Assembly (NCBI RefSeq): GCF_003018255.1
Contig: NZ_CP027440.1
Length of the DNA: 64,000 nucleotides
Reading direction: 5' to 3' (one strand)
From: Escherichia coli
Lineage (GTDB): Bacteria > Pseudomonadota > Gammaproteobacteria > Enterobacterales > Enterobacteriaceae
The position numbers and the translations under genes were made by a program. Positions 44,375-54,676 of the stretch are shown here, piece after piece. The notes below the pieces were generated by a model. The model was not told the DNA's origin. It ran no database searches and saw nothing but the letters and a program-made list of their open reading frames with translations. Positions within the stretch are counted from its first letter, which is position 1. Every line of letters starts with the position of its first letter.

Positions 44375-44896
44375 TTACTTAATTACACCACAGGCATAGC
44401 GTTCACCGCCACCGCCCAGCGGTTTAGGTTGATCGGACATATTATCGCCGCCAACGTGGACCATCAGTGCTTTGTCTTTGACTTCATCCAGTGATTTCAG
44501 ACGAGGCGCGATGACGGCATCGGTAGCTTTGCCGTCATTATTGACGACCAGTGCAGGCAGATCGCCTAAATGCCCGGCACCTTCTGGCCCTTCATGTTTA
44601 CCGGTATTTTGTGGATCAAGATGCCCGCCTGCGGATTCTGCGGCGCTGGCTTTGCCATCTTTGGTGGCTGGCTGGCAGCTTCCTTTGGCATGAATATGGA
44701 AGCCATGTTCACCGGGAGGTAATGCTTTCAGATCGGGCGAAAACTCCAGACCTTTATCGGTTTCAGTAATGGTGACGCTACCAATTGACTGCCCAACCCC
44801 TTGCGACGTGACGAGGTTCATCTCGACTTTTTCACTGGCAGCTTGTGCGCCGGTCGCAACAACCAGCGCCAGAATGGCCAGACTAAAACGTTTCAT
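44375..44896 (-). CDS. sodC: periplasmic Cu,Zn superoxide dismutase, 173 aa from ATG at 44896
   Basis: ORF 44375..44947; signal peptide; His-rich Cu/Zn ligand motifs (HGFHIHAKG); GGAGG SD before ATG 44896. Confidence 0.92.
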   Translation of the reverse strand: MKRFSLAILALVVATGAQAASEKVEMNLVTSQGVGQSIGSVTITETDKGLEFSPDLKALPPGEHGFHIHAKGSCQPATKDGKASAAESAGGHLDPQNTGKHEGPEGAGHLGDLPALVVNNDGKATDAVIAPRLKSLDEVKDKALMVHVGGDNMSDQPKPLGGGGERYACGVIK

Positions 44897-44976
44897 AAGA
44901 CCTCCGTTCATTGTGCATTCCTGAATAAGTGTAAACCAGTGACACATTTTTGAACGGCAGCTATTCCTAAAAGTGC

Positions 44977-45873
44977 TTACGGTACGTCGTAACCTAGTGC
45001 CGCTTTACGGATACGGAACCATTGTTGACGGGTCATTTTCAGTGTTTCTGCTTCGACTGCTGCCCGTACGCGCTCAATTTTACCTGAGCCGATAATTGGC
45101 AGCGGCTGCGACGGTAAACGTAATACCCAGGCGTAAACCACCTGTTCAATCGAGCCCGCGTTTAACTCCTCTGCCACCACAGCCAGTTCATCACGCAGCG
45201 GCTGGAAATAATCATCATTAAACAGACGACCACCACCAAGGCAGGACCACGCCATCGGACGAACACGCAGTTGTTGCAGTTGGTCGAGCGTGCCATCCAG
45301 CAGTAACGGCTGATGTACCGGGGATATTTCCACCTGATTAGTGGCAAGGGTAAACGGCAGGCGTGATTGCAAAAGCGCAAATTGCACAGGCGTAAAGTTC
45401 GATACGCCAAAATGACGCACTTTGCCGCTCTGATGCAGATGTTTAAACGCGTCCGCCACTTCATCGGCATCCATTAACGGGTCTGGTCGGTGGATTAACA
45501 GCAGATCCAGATGATCGGTCGCGAGATTAATTAGCGACTGTTCGGCGCTCTTAATGATGTGATCGCGGTCAGTGATGTAATGACCAATGACGTTTTCTTC
45601 ACGCGCGGTCGTCGCGATACCGCATTTACTGACGATTTCCATCCGTTCACGCAGGTGAGGTGCCAGTTTCAACGCCTCGCCAAACGCCGCTTCGCACTGA
45701 TAGCCACCATAAATATCAGCATGGTCCACGGTGGTCACGCCGAAATCCAGATGCTCTTCAATAAAACTGACCAGCTGGCGGGCGGACATATTCCAGTCCA
45801 TCAATCGCCAGTAGCCCATCACAAAACGGGAAAACTCCGGGCCTTGCGGCGCAATAGTAATACGCTGAACCAT
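44977..45873 (-). CDS. ydhF: aldo/keto reductase family oxidoreductase
   Basis: 298 aa. Confidence 0.85.
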   Translation of the reverse strand: MVQRITIAPQGPEFSRFVMGYWRLMDWNMSARQLVSFIEEHLDFGVTTVDHADIYGGYQCEAAFGEALKLAPHLRERMEIVSKCGIATTAREENVIGHYITDRDHIIKSAEQSLINLATDHLDLLLIHRPDPLMDADEVADAFKHLHQSGKVRHFGVSNFTPVQFALLQSRLPFTLATNQVEISPVHQPLLLDGTLDQLQQLRVRPMAWSCLGGGRLFNDDYFQPLRDELAVVAEELNAGSIEQVVYAWVLRLPSQPLPIIGSGKIERVRAAVEAETLKMTRQQWFRIRKAALGYDVP

Positions 45874-45921
45874 AATCGCTTCCTCTTATCAGATATGAGA
45901 GGAGTATACGCAAGATTAGGC

Positions 45922-46161
45922 TCAAAAGAGTGATGGTTGCTCCGGTTCGTCTGATGACGCTGGCTTATTTGCGCGTAATTTGCGCATTAATCGCTGCCGA
46001 CAAAGGCGCAGCACCTCTTGTTTTTCGCCATCGCTCATTTTATTCCAGTTAAAACGCTCATCCCGACTACGAAAACAGCCGCGACAAAACCCGCGTTCGT
46101 CAGACTGGCAAATTCCCCGGCACGGGCTCTGGACGGGAAAGAACTCTAATTGCTCCGCCAC
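45922..46161 (-). CDS. ydhL: DUF1289-family Cys-rich small protein, GTG start, 79 aa
   Basis: ORF 45922..46332 is over-extended; GTG at 46161 is preceded by GAGGAGGG SD; CxxxC...CxxC motifs. Confidence 0.75.
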   Translation of the reverse strand: MAEQLEFFPVQSPCRGICQSDERGFCRGCFRSRDERFNWNKMSDGEKQEVLRLCRQRLMRKLRANKPASSDEPEQPSLF

Positions 46162-46233
46162 TTCGCCCTCCTCAAATAAGATTATTACCATTATTGAAGC
46201 TGTTAATGCCCAAAGTAGCAACTTTGCTTGCAC

Positions 46234-46249
46234 TAGACCGACTGGTCTA
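46234..46249. promoter_or_regulatory. NemR operator (NemR box)
   Basis: TAGACC-GACT-GGTCTA inverted repeat 15 bp upstream of nemR ATG. Confidence 0.6.
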
Positions 46250-46263
46250 CTACACTCCAACGC

Positions 46264-46863
46264 ATGAACAAACACACCGAACATGATACTCGCGAACATC
46301 TCCTGGCGACGGGCGAGCAACTTTGCCTGCAACGTGGATTCACCGGGATGGGGCTAAGCGAATTACTAAAAACCGCTGAAGTGCCGAAAGGGTCCTTCTA
46401 TCACTACTTTCGCTCTAAAGAAGCGTTTGGCGTTGCCATGCTTGAGCGCCATTACGCCACATATCACCAACGACTGACTGAGTTGCTGCAATCCGGCGAA
46501 GGTAACTACCGCGACCGCATACTGGCTTATTACCAGCAAACACTGAACCAGTTTTGCCAACATGGAACCATCAGTGGTTGCCTGACAGTAAAACTCTCTG
46601 CCGAAGTGTGCGATCTGTCAGAAGATATGCGTAGCGCGATGGATAAAGGCGCTCGCGGCGTGATCGCCCTGCTCTCGCAGGCGCTGGAAAATGGCCGTGA
46701 TAGCCATTGTTTAACCTTTTGTGGCGAACCGCTGCAACAGGCACAAGTGCTTTACGCACTATGGCTGGGTGCGAATCTGCAGGCCAAAATTTCGCGCAGT
46801 TTCGAGCCACTGGAAAACGCGCTGGCACATGTAAAAACCATTATTGCGACGCCTGCCGTTTAG
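46264..46863 (+). CDS. nemR: TetR-family electrophile-sensing repressor NemR
   Basis: 199 aa; N-terminal TetR HTH; upstream of nemA-gloA. Confidence 0.9.
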   Translation: MNKHTEHDTREHLLATGEQLCLQRGFTGMGLSELLKTAEVPKGSFYHYFRSKEAFGVAMLERHYATYHQRLTELLQSGEGNYRDRILAYYQQTLNQFCQHGTISGCLTVKLSAEVCDLSEDMRSAMDKGARGVIALLSQALENGRDSHCLTFCGEPLQQAQVLYALWLGANLQAKISRSFEPLENALAHVKTIIATPAV

Positions 46864-46899
46864 CAGGCATTTTTTATCACCAGACGACCGGGAGCCTTT

Positions 46900-47997
46900 A
46901 TGTCATCTGAAAAACTGTATTCCCCACTGAAAGTGGGCGCGATCACGGCGGCAAACCGTATTTTTATGGCACCGCTGACGCGTCTGCGCAGTATTGAACC
47001 GGGTGACATCCCTACCCCGTTGATGGCGGAATACTATCGCCAACGTGCCAGTGCCGGTTTGATTATTAGCGAAGCCACGCAAATTTCTGCCCAGGCAAAA
47101 GGGTATGCTGGTGCACCTGGCATCCATAGTCCGGAACAAATTGCCGCATGGAAAAAAATTACCGCTGGCGTTCATGCTGAAAATGGTCATATGGCCGTAC
47201 AGCTGTGGCACACCGGACGCATTTCTCACGCCAGCCTGCAACCTGGCGGTCAGGCACCGGTAGCGCCTTCCGCACTTAGCGCGGGAACACGTACTTCTCT
47301 GCGCGATGAAAATGGTCAGGCGATCCGTGTTGAAACATCCATGCCGCGTGCGCTTGAACTGGAAGAGATTCCGGGTATCGTCAATGATTTCCGTCAGGCC
47401 ATTGCTAACGCGCGTGAAGCCGGTTTTGATCTGGTAGAGCTCCACTCTGCTCATGGTTATTTGCTGCATCAGTTCCTTTCTCCTTCTTCAAACCATCGTA
47501 CCGATCAGTACGGCGGCAGCGTGGAAAATCGCGCACGTCTGGTGCTGGAAGTGGTCGATGCCGGGATTGAAGAATGGGGTGCCGATCGCATTGGCATTCG
47601 CGTTTCGCCAATCGGTACTTTCCAGAACACAGATAACGGCCCGAATGAAGAAGCCGATGCACTGTATCTGATAGAACAACTGGGTAAACGCGGCATTGCT
47701 TATCTGCATATGTCAGAACCAGATTGGGCGGGGGGTGAACCGTATACTGATGCGTTCCGCGAAAAAGTACGCGCCCGTTTCCACGGTCCGATTATCGGCG
47801 CAGGTGCATACACGGTAGAAAAAGCCGAAACGCTGATCGGCAAAGGGTTAATTGATGCGGTGGCATTTGGTCGTGACTGGATTGCGAACCCGGATCTGGT
47901 CGCCCGCTTGCAACGCAAAGCTGAGCTTAACCCACAGCGTGCCGAAAGTTTTTACGGTGGCGGCGCGGAAGGCTACACTGATTACCCGACGCTGTAA
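46900..47997 (+). CDS. nemA: N-ethylmaleimide reductase (Old Yellow Enzyme family, FMN)
   Basis: 365 aa; recognised NemA. Confidence 0.93.
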
Positions 47998-48077
47998 TCC
48001 AACATTGCGAGCGGCGCAAAGCCGCCGCTATACTAAAACAACATTTTGAATCTGTTAGCCATTTTGAGGATATAAAG

Positions 48078-48485
48078 ATGCGTCTTCTTCATACCATGCT
48101 GCGCGTTGGCGATCTGCAACGCTCCATCGATTTTTATACCAAAGTACTGGGCATGAAACTGCTGCGTACCAGCGAAAACCCGGAATACAAATACTCACTG
48201 GCGTTTGTTGGCTACGGCCCGGAAACCGAAGAAGCGGTGATTGAACTGACCTACAACTGGGGCGTGGATAAATACGAACTCGGCACTGCTTATGGTCACA
48301 TCGCGCTTAGCGTAGATAACGCCGCTGAAGCGTGCGAAAAAATCCGTCAGAACGGCGGTAACGTCACCCGTGAAGCGGGTCCGGTAAAAGGCGGCACTAC
48401 GGTTATCGCGTTTGTGGAAGATCCGGACGGTTACAAAATTGAGTTAATCGAAGAGAAAGACGCCGGTCGCGGTCTGGGCAACTAA
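48078..48485 (+). CDS. gloA: glyoxalase I (lactoylglutathione lyase)
   Basis: 135 aa; recognised GloA ([26 protein letters not shown]...). Confidence 0.95.
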
Positions 48486-48587
48486 TCTCCTGCCGGGCGT
48501 GAACTCATCGCGCCCGCATCTTTACTGCATCGACAAGTAATATTTGTCATAATGCGCGCTGCAATTTATCCGTATTAAGAGAATCAG

Positions 48588-49235
48588 ATGTCCGATAACG
48601 CTCAACTTACCGGTCTGTGCGACCGTTTTCGTGGTTTTTATCCTGTTGTGATCGATGTTGAAACAGCTGGATTTAACGCCAAAACCGATGCGCTGCTTGA
48701 GATTGCCGCCATCACCCTGAAAATGGATGAACAAGGCTGGCTGATGCCGGACACCACATTACATTTCCACGTCGAACCATTTGTCGGCGCAAATTTGCAG
48801 CCAGAGGCCCTCGCCTTCAACGGCATTGACCCGAACGATCCCGATCGCGGCGCGGTCAGCGAATACGAGGCGCTGCACGAAATTTTTAAAGTTGTGCGTA
48901 AAGGTATTAAAGCGAGCGGTTGTAACCGCGCCATTATGGTGGCGCACAACGCCAATTTCGATCACAGCTTTATGATGGCCGCCGCAGAACGCGCCTCACT
49001 GAAACGTAACCCGTTCCACCCTTTCGCCACTTTTGACACTGCTGCACTGGCCGGGCTGGCACTCGGACAAACCGTATTGTCAAAGGCTTGCCAGACCGCT
49101 GGCATGGACTTCGACAGCACCCAGGCGCACTCCGCGCTGTACGACACCGAACGCACTGCTGTGCTGTTTTGTGAAATCGTCAACCGCTGGAAACGTCTGG
49201 GAGGCTGGCCGCTACCTGCCGCCGAAGAGGTGTAA
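48588..49235 (+). CDS. rnt: ribonuclease T (DEDDh exonuclease)
   Basis: 215 aa; DVETAG exonuclease motif. Confidence 0.93.
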
Positions 49236-49327
49236 TCGAGTCGATGCCTGATGACATGCAATGATTCAGGCATCTATAGTGAGGCTATTCCACGCATCAT
49301 GCATGATATTCACGGGGAATAGCGTTA

Positions 49328-52300
49328 ATGGCAGATAATCCAAACCTTTCATCGCCCCTGCCGGACGTGTTTTCACCGGCAACCCGCGACTGGTTTCTTC
49401 GCGCCTTTAAACAGCCGACCGCTGTCCAGTCGCAAACATGGCATGTGACGGCGCGAGGCGAACATGCGCTGGTGATTGCACCGACCGGCTCCGGGAAAAC
49501 GCTGGCAGCATTTCTCTACGCCCTCGATCAGCTCTTCCGCGAAGGCGGCGAAGATACCCGCGAGGCGCATAAACGTAAAACCTCACGCATCCTCTATATT
49601 TCACCGATAAAAGCCCTTGGCACCGACGTTCAGCGCAACTTGCAGATCCCGTTACAGGGTATTGCCGATGAACGGCGGCGGCGCGGCGAAACGGAAGTCA
49701 ATCTTCGCGTGGGGATCCGTACTGGCGATACGCCCGCACAGGAACGCAGCAAACTCACCCGTAATCCGCCGGATATTCTGATCACCACACCCGAATCACT
49801 CTATCTGATGCTGACCTCCCGCGCGCGCGAAACGCTACGCGGCGTCGAAACGGTAATTATTGATGAAGTCCACGCGGTAGCAGGCAGTAAACGTGGTGCG
49901 CATCTGGCGTTAAGTCTGGAGCGGCTCGATGCGCTGCTCCACACCTCAGCACAGCGAATTGGCCTTTCTGCCACTGTGCGTTCAGCCAGCGATGTGGCAG
50001 CATTTCTTGGTGGCGATCGCCCGGTTACGGTAGTCAACCCGCCCGCAATGCGCCATCCGCAGATACGGATTGTCGTACCGGTCGCCAATATGGATGATGT
50101 CTCATCGGTCGCCAGCGGCACCGGCGAAGACAGCCATGCCGGCCGGGAAGGCTCCATCTGGCCATATATTGAAACGGGTATCCTTGATGAAGTTTTGCGC
50201 CATCGCTCGACCATTGTCTTTACTAATTCACGCGGGCTGGCGGAAAAACTGACGGCACGATTAAATGAGCTTTACGCCGCACGCTTACAGCGTTCCCCAT
50301 CTATCGCCGTTGATGCGGCCCATTTCGAGTCGACCTCCGGCGCAACCTCTAACCGTGTACAAAGTAGCGACATTTTTATTGCCCGCTCACACCACGGCTC
50401 CGTCTCTAAAGAACAACGAGCAATCACCGAACAGGCGCTGAAATCGGGTGAATTACGCTGTGTGGTTGCAACCTCCAGTCTCGAACTGGGGATTGATATG
50501 GGCGCGGTGGATCTGGTGATTCAGGTGGCAACGCCGCTTTCTGTTGCCAGTGGGTTACAACGCATTGGACGTGCCGGACACCAGGTAGGTGGTATCTCCA
50601 AAGGGCTTTTTTTCCCCCGAACCAGGCGTGACTTAGTCGATTCCGCAGTCATTGTTGAGTGTATGTTCGCAGGCAGGCTGGAAAACCTGACACCACCGCA
50701 TAATCCACTCGACGTCCTTGCGCAGCAAACCGTTGCCGCCGCGGCGATGGATGCATTACAGGCAGACGAATGGTACTCCCGCGTACGCCGTGCCGCACCG
50801 TGGAAAGATCTGCCAAGACGTGTTTTTGACGTCACGCTGGATATGCTTTCCGGGCGCTATCCCTCTGGCGATTTTTCTGCTTTTCGACCAAAACTGGTCT
50901 GGAACAGGGAGACCGGGATATTGACCGCCCGACCTGGCGCTCAGCTGTTGGCGGTTACCAGCGGTGGCACCATTCCGGATCGTGGCATGTATAGCGTGTT
51001 ATTACCCGAAGGTGAAGAACAGGCCGGTTCGCGGCGGGTGGGTGAACTGGATGAGGAGATGGTATATGAGTCGCGGGTGAACGACATTATCACTCTCGGC
51101 GCTACCTCATGGCGGATCCAGCAAATCACCCGCGATCAGGTGATTGTGACTCCTGCTCCAGGTCGTTCTGCCCGCCTTCCCTTCTGGCGTGGTGAAGGTA
51201 ACGGACGTCCGGCAGAATTAGGCGAGATGATCGGCGATTTTCTCCATTTACTGGCGGATGGCGCGTTCTTTTCCGGGACTATTCCCCCGTGGTTGGCAGA
51301 AGAAAATACGATCGCCAATATTCAGGGGTTGATTGACGAGCAGCGCAACGCGACGGGCATCGTTCCGGGGAGTCGTCATCTGGTCCTCGAACGGTGCCGT
51401 GATGAAATTGGTGACTGGCGTATTATTTTGCACTCTCCCTATGGAAGACGGGTGCATGAACCCTGGGCGCTGGCGATTGCCGGGCGAATACATGCACTAT
51501 GGGGCGCTGACGCGTCTGTGGTTGCCAGTGATGACGGCATTGTTGCGCGCATTCCTGACACCGATGGTAAATTGCCTGATGCCGCGATTTTTTTGTTTGA
51601 ACCAGAAAAGTTGCTGCAAATTGTCCGCGAGGCGGTAGGCAGCTCGGCACTTTTCGCCGCCCGTTTTCGCGAATGCGCCGCGCGGACATTATTAATGCCG
51701 GGCCGCACGCCGGGCCATCGCACCCCGCTCTGGCAACAACGGCTGCGCGCCAGTCAGTTGCTGGAAATCGCTCAGGGATATCCAGATTTTCCGGTCATTC
51801 TCGAAACCCTACGCGAATGTCTGCAAGATGTTTATGATCTTCCCGCGCTGGAACGTTTGATGCGTCGCCTGAACGGTGGCGAAATTCAAATATCCGATGT
51901 AACGACCACTACGCCTTCGCCTTTCGCCGCCAGTTTATTGTTCGGCTATGTCGCGGAATTTATGTACCAGAGCGACGCCCCGCTGGCAGAGCGCCGGGCA
52001 TCCGTACTGTCGCTGGACAGCGAGTTACTGCGCAATCTACTCGGACAGGTCGATCCGGGGGAATTACTCGACCCACAGGTCATTCGCCAGGTGGAAGAAG
52101 AGTTGCAACGACTGGCTCCTGGCAGAAGAGCGAAAGGTGAAGAAGGATTGTTCGACCTGCTGCGCGAACTGGGGCCAATGACCGTTGAAGACCTGGCGCA
52201 ACGACATACAGGCAGCAGTGAAGAGATTGCGTCGTATCTGGAAAATCTTCTTGCAGTAAAACGAATCTTCCCGACCATGATTAGCGGGCAGGAGCGTCTT

Positions 52301-53944
52301 GCCTGTATGGATGATGCCGCCAGGCTGCGCGATGCTCTCGGCGTACGACTACCAGAGTCACTGCCAGAGATTTATTTGCACCGAGTCAGTTACCCGCTTC
52401 GCGACCTCTTTCTGCGCTATCTCCGGGCTCATGCTCTGGTCACGTCTGAACAACTGGCTCATGAGTTTAGTCTCGGTATTGCCATTGTCGAAGAGCAACT
52501 TCAGCAACTGCGCGAACAGGGGCTGGTGATGAATCTGCAACAAGACATCTGGGTGAGCGATGAAGTATTTCGTCGTCTGCGTTTGCGCTCGCTGCAAGCC
52601 GCCAGAGAAGCGACGCGTCCCGTTGCGGCCACGACCTATGCGCGATTGCTGCTGGAACGTCAGGGCGTATTACCCGCCACCGATGGTAGCCCGGCACTCT
52701 TTGCCTCAACATCGCCAGGCGTTTATGAGGGCGTGGATGGCGTCATGCGGGTGATCGAACAGCTTGCCGGAGTCGGTTTACCCGCCTCACTCTGGGAAAG
52801 CCAGATCCTGCCTGCCCGCGTACGCGACTATTCGCCAGAAATGCTCGATGAATTACTGGCAACCGGTGCGGTTATCTGGTCGGGGCAAAAAAAGCTGGGT
52901 GAAGATGACGGTCTGGTGGCACTGCATCTACAGGAATATGCCGCAGAATCGTTCACTCCCGCCGAAGCGAATCAGGCGAATAGTTCGGCGCTGCAGCAAG
53001 CGATAGTCACGGTTCTGGCTGACGGAGGAGCCTGGTTTGCACAACAAATCAGCCAACGGATACGCGATAAAATCGGCGAATCGGTTGATCCCTCAGCCAT
53101 GCAAGAGGCGTTATGGGCGCTGGTCTGGCAAGGCGTCATCACCAGCGACATTTGGGCACCGTTACGCGCCCTCACCCGCAGCAGTACCAACACACGCACC
53201 TCAACTCGCCGCAGTCACCGGGCTCGTCGTGGACGTCCTGTCTATGCGCAACCCGTCTCGCCGCTGGTATCTTACAACACACCAAAGCTTGCTGGACGCT
53301 GGTCGTTATTGCAGGTGGAGCCACTAAACGATACCGAAAGGATGCTGGCGCTGGCGGAAAATATGCTCGACCGCTACGGCATCATCAGTCGTCAGGCGGT
53401 GATAGCCGAAAATATCCCTGGCGGGTTTCCATCGATGCAAACGCTTTGTCGAAGTATGGAAGACTCCGGGCGAATTATGCGAGGTCGTTTTGTAGAAGGT
53501 CTGGGTGGCGCGCAATTCGCTGAACGTCTGACTATTGACCGATTGCGCGATCTGGCGACACAAGCCACGCAAACGCGCCACTATACACCAGTGGCGCTCT
53601 CTGCCAACGATCCGGCTAATGCATGGGGAAATCTTCTGCCCTGGCCTGCACATCCGGCAACGCTGATACCAACGCGTCGGGCGGGTGCGCTGGTGGTCGT
53701 TTCTGGCGGCAAATTGTTACTCTATCTGGCGCAAGGTGGCAAAAAAATGCTGGTCTGGCAGGAAAAAGAGGAATTACTCGCCCCAGAGATTTTCCACGCG
53801 CTGACTACCGCACTGCGTCGCGAACCACGGCTGCGCTTTACGCTAACAGAAGTGAATGACCTACCGGTCCGGCAAACGCCGATGTTTACGCTGCTGCGTG
53901 AGGCGGGATTTTCAAGTTCGCCACAAGGGCTGGATTGGGGATAG
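49328..53944 (+). CDS. lhr: large ATP-dependent helicase Lhr (superfamily 2)
   Basis: 1538 aa; Walker A (APTGSGKT), DEVH box, helicase C domain. Confidence 0.93.
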   Translation: MADNPNLSSPLPDVFSPATRDWFLRAFKQPTAVQSQTWHVTARGEHALVIAPTGSGKTLAAFLYALDQLFREGGEDTREAHKRKTSRILYISPIKALGTDVQRNLQIPLQGIADERRRRGETEVNLRVGIRTGDTPAQERSKLTRNPPDILITTPESLYLMLTSRARETLRGVETVIIDEVHAVAGSKRGAHLALSLERLDALLHTSAQRIGLSATVRSASDVAAFLGGDRPVTVVNPPAMRHPQIRIVVPVANMDDVSSVASGTGEDSHAGREGSIWPYIETGILDEVLRHRSTIVFTNSRGLAEKLTARLNELYAARLQRSPSIAVDAAHFESTSGATSNRVQSSDIFIARSHHGSVSKEQRAITEQALKSGELRCVVATSSLELGIDMGAVDLVIQVATPLSVASGLQRIGRAGHQVGGISKGLFFPRTRRDLVDSAVIVECMFAGRLENLTPPHNPLDVLAQQTVAAAAMDALQADEWYSRVRRAAPWKDLPRRVFDVTLDMLSGRYPSGDFSAFRPKLVWNRETGILTARPGAQLLAVTSGGTIPDRGMYSVLLPEGEEQAGSRRVGELDEEMVYESRVNDIITLGATSWRIQQITRDQVIVTPAPGRSARLPFWRGEGNGRPAELGEMIGDFLHLLADGAFFSGTIPPWLAEENTIANIQGLIDEQRNATGIVPGSRHLVLERCRDEIGDWRIILHSPYGRRVHEPWALAIAGRIHALWGADASVVASDDGIVARIPDTDGKLPDAAIFLFEPEKLLQIVREAVGSSALFAARFRECAARTLLMPGRTPGHRTPLWQQRLRASQLLEIAQGYPDFPVILETLRECLQDVYDLPALERLMRRLNGGEIQISDVTTTTPSPFAASLLFGYVAEFMYQSDAPLAERRASVLSLDSELLRNLLGQVDPGELLDPQVIRQVEEELQRLAPGRRAKGEEGLFDLLRELGPMTVEDLAQRHTGSSEEIASYLENLLAVKRIFPTMISGQERLACMDDAARLRDALGVRLPESLPEIYLHRVSYPLRDLFLRYLRAHALVTSEQLAHEFSLGIAIVEEQLQQLREQGLVMNLQQDIWVSDEVFRRLRLRSLQAAREATRPVAATTYARLLLERQGVLPATDGSPALFASTSPGVYEGVDGVMRVIEQLAGVGLPASLWESQILPARVRDYSPEMLDELLATGAVIWSGQKKLGEDDGLVALHLQEYAAESFTPAEANQANSSALQQAIVTVLADGGAWFAQQISQRIRDKIGESVDPSAMQEALWALVWQGVITSDIWAPLRALTRSSTNTRTSTRRSHRARRGRPVYAQPVSPLVSYNTPKLAGRWSLLQVEPLNDTERMLALAENMLDRYGIISRQAVIAENIPGGFPSMQTLCRSMEDSGRIMRGRFVEGLGGAQFAERLTIDRLRDLATQATQTRHYTPVALSANDPANAWGNLLPWPAHPATLIPTRRAGALVVVSGGKLLLYLAQGGKKMLVWQEKEELLAPEIFHALTTALRREPRLRFTLTEVNDLPVRQTPMFTLLREAGFSSSPQGLDWG

Positions 53945-53994
53945 AGAAAGGACTGACGAATGCCCGTTCGCATCCGTCAGTATTGCAGGACGGA

Positions 53995-54342
53995 TTATTC
54001 AGCGTCCGGCTCTTCAGACTTGTATTTAGCGGCAGTTTCTTTGATCAGCTGCTGCAGTTCGCCACGCTGATACATTTCGATCACGATATCACAACCGCCG
54101 ACCAGCTCGCCGTCAACCCACAGTTGCGGGAAGGTCGGCCAGTTAGCATATTTCGGCAGTTCCGCACGAATGTCCGGATTCTGCAGGATATCAACATAGG
54201 CAAAACGTTCGCCACATGCGGCAAGCGCCTGGACTGCCTGGGCAGAGAAACCGCAGCTCGGCAGTTTCGGTGAACCTTTCATGTACAGCAGGATCGGGTT
54301 TTCAGCAATCTGGCGTTGGATTTTTTCGATAGTGGTGCTCAT
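53995..54342 (-). CDS. grxD: monothiol glutaredoxin Grx4
   Basis: 115 aa; CGFS active-site motif (PKLPSCGFS). Confidence 0.93.
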   Translation of the reverse strand: MSTTIEKIQRQIAENPILLYMKGSPKLPSCGFSAQAVQALAACGERFAYVDILQNPDIRAELPKYANWPTFPQLWVDGELVGGCDIVIEMYQRGELQQLIKETAAKYKSEEPDAE

Positions 54343-54676
54343 TGTCTTGCTTCCTCAAACTTCTTTACGGCAGTAATCTGACATTGTAGCGGGTCAGTGC
54401 GGCATCGGAAAATAACATTTTCATCACGCTTTTGCTATTTTATCCCTTTGCTCTATTTGTTGCATTTCAAATATTCGTTTCTTCCCTGACGCACGGCAAA
54501 CTGGCGTATTTATAACCATTTTTAGCTTTCACTGCTGCATTTTTTTGCGCTCGCCAACGAAACGTATTTTTTAACAATAAAAGCTATTAACTTTCTCTTC
54601 TTCTATGCATTAGAATCATCAAGTTTTGTAAATCAGACGCAGGCATGATAGACCTGCCTTAACAGAGGGACGCTCA

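Noticed and set aside
49238-49270. Inverted repeat GATGCCTGA-N14-TCAGGCATC after rnt, as a possible terminator
   Set aside because: Large 14-nt loop and no U-run; may be a regulatory or REP-like structure but the evidence is too weak to call.
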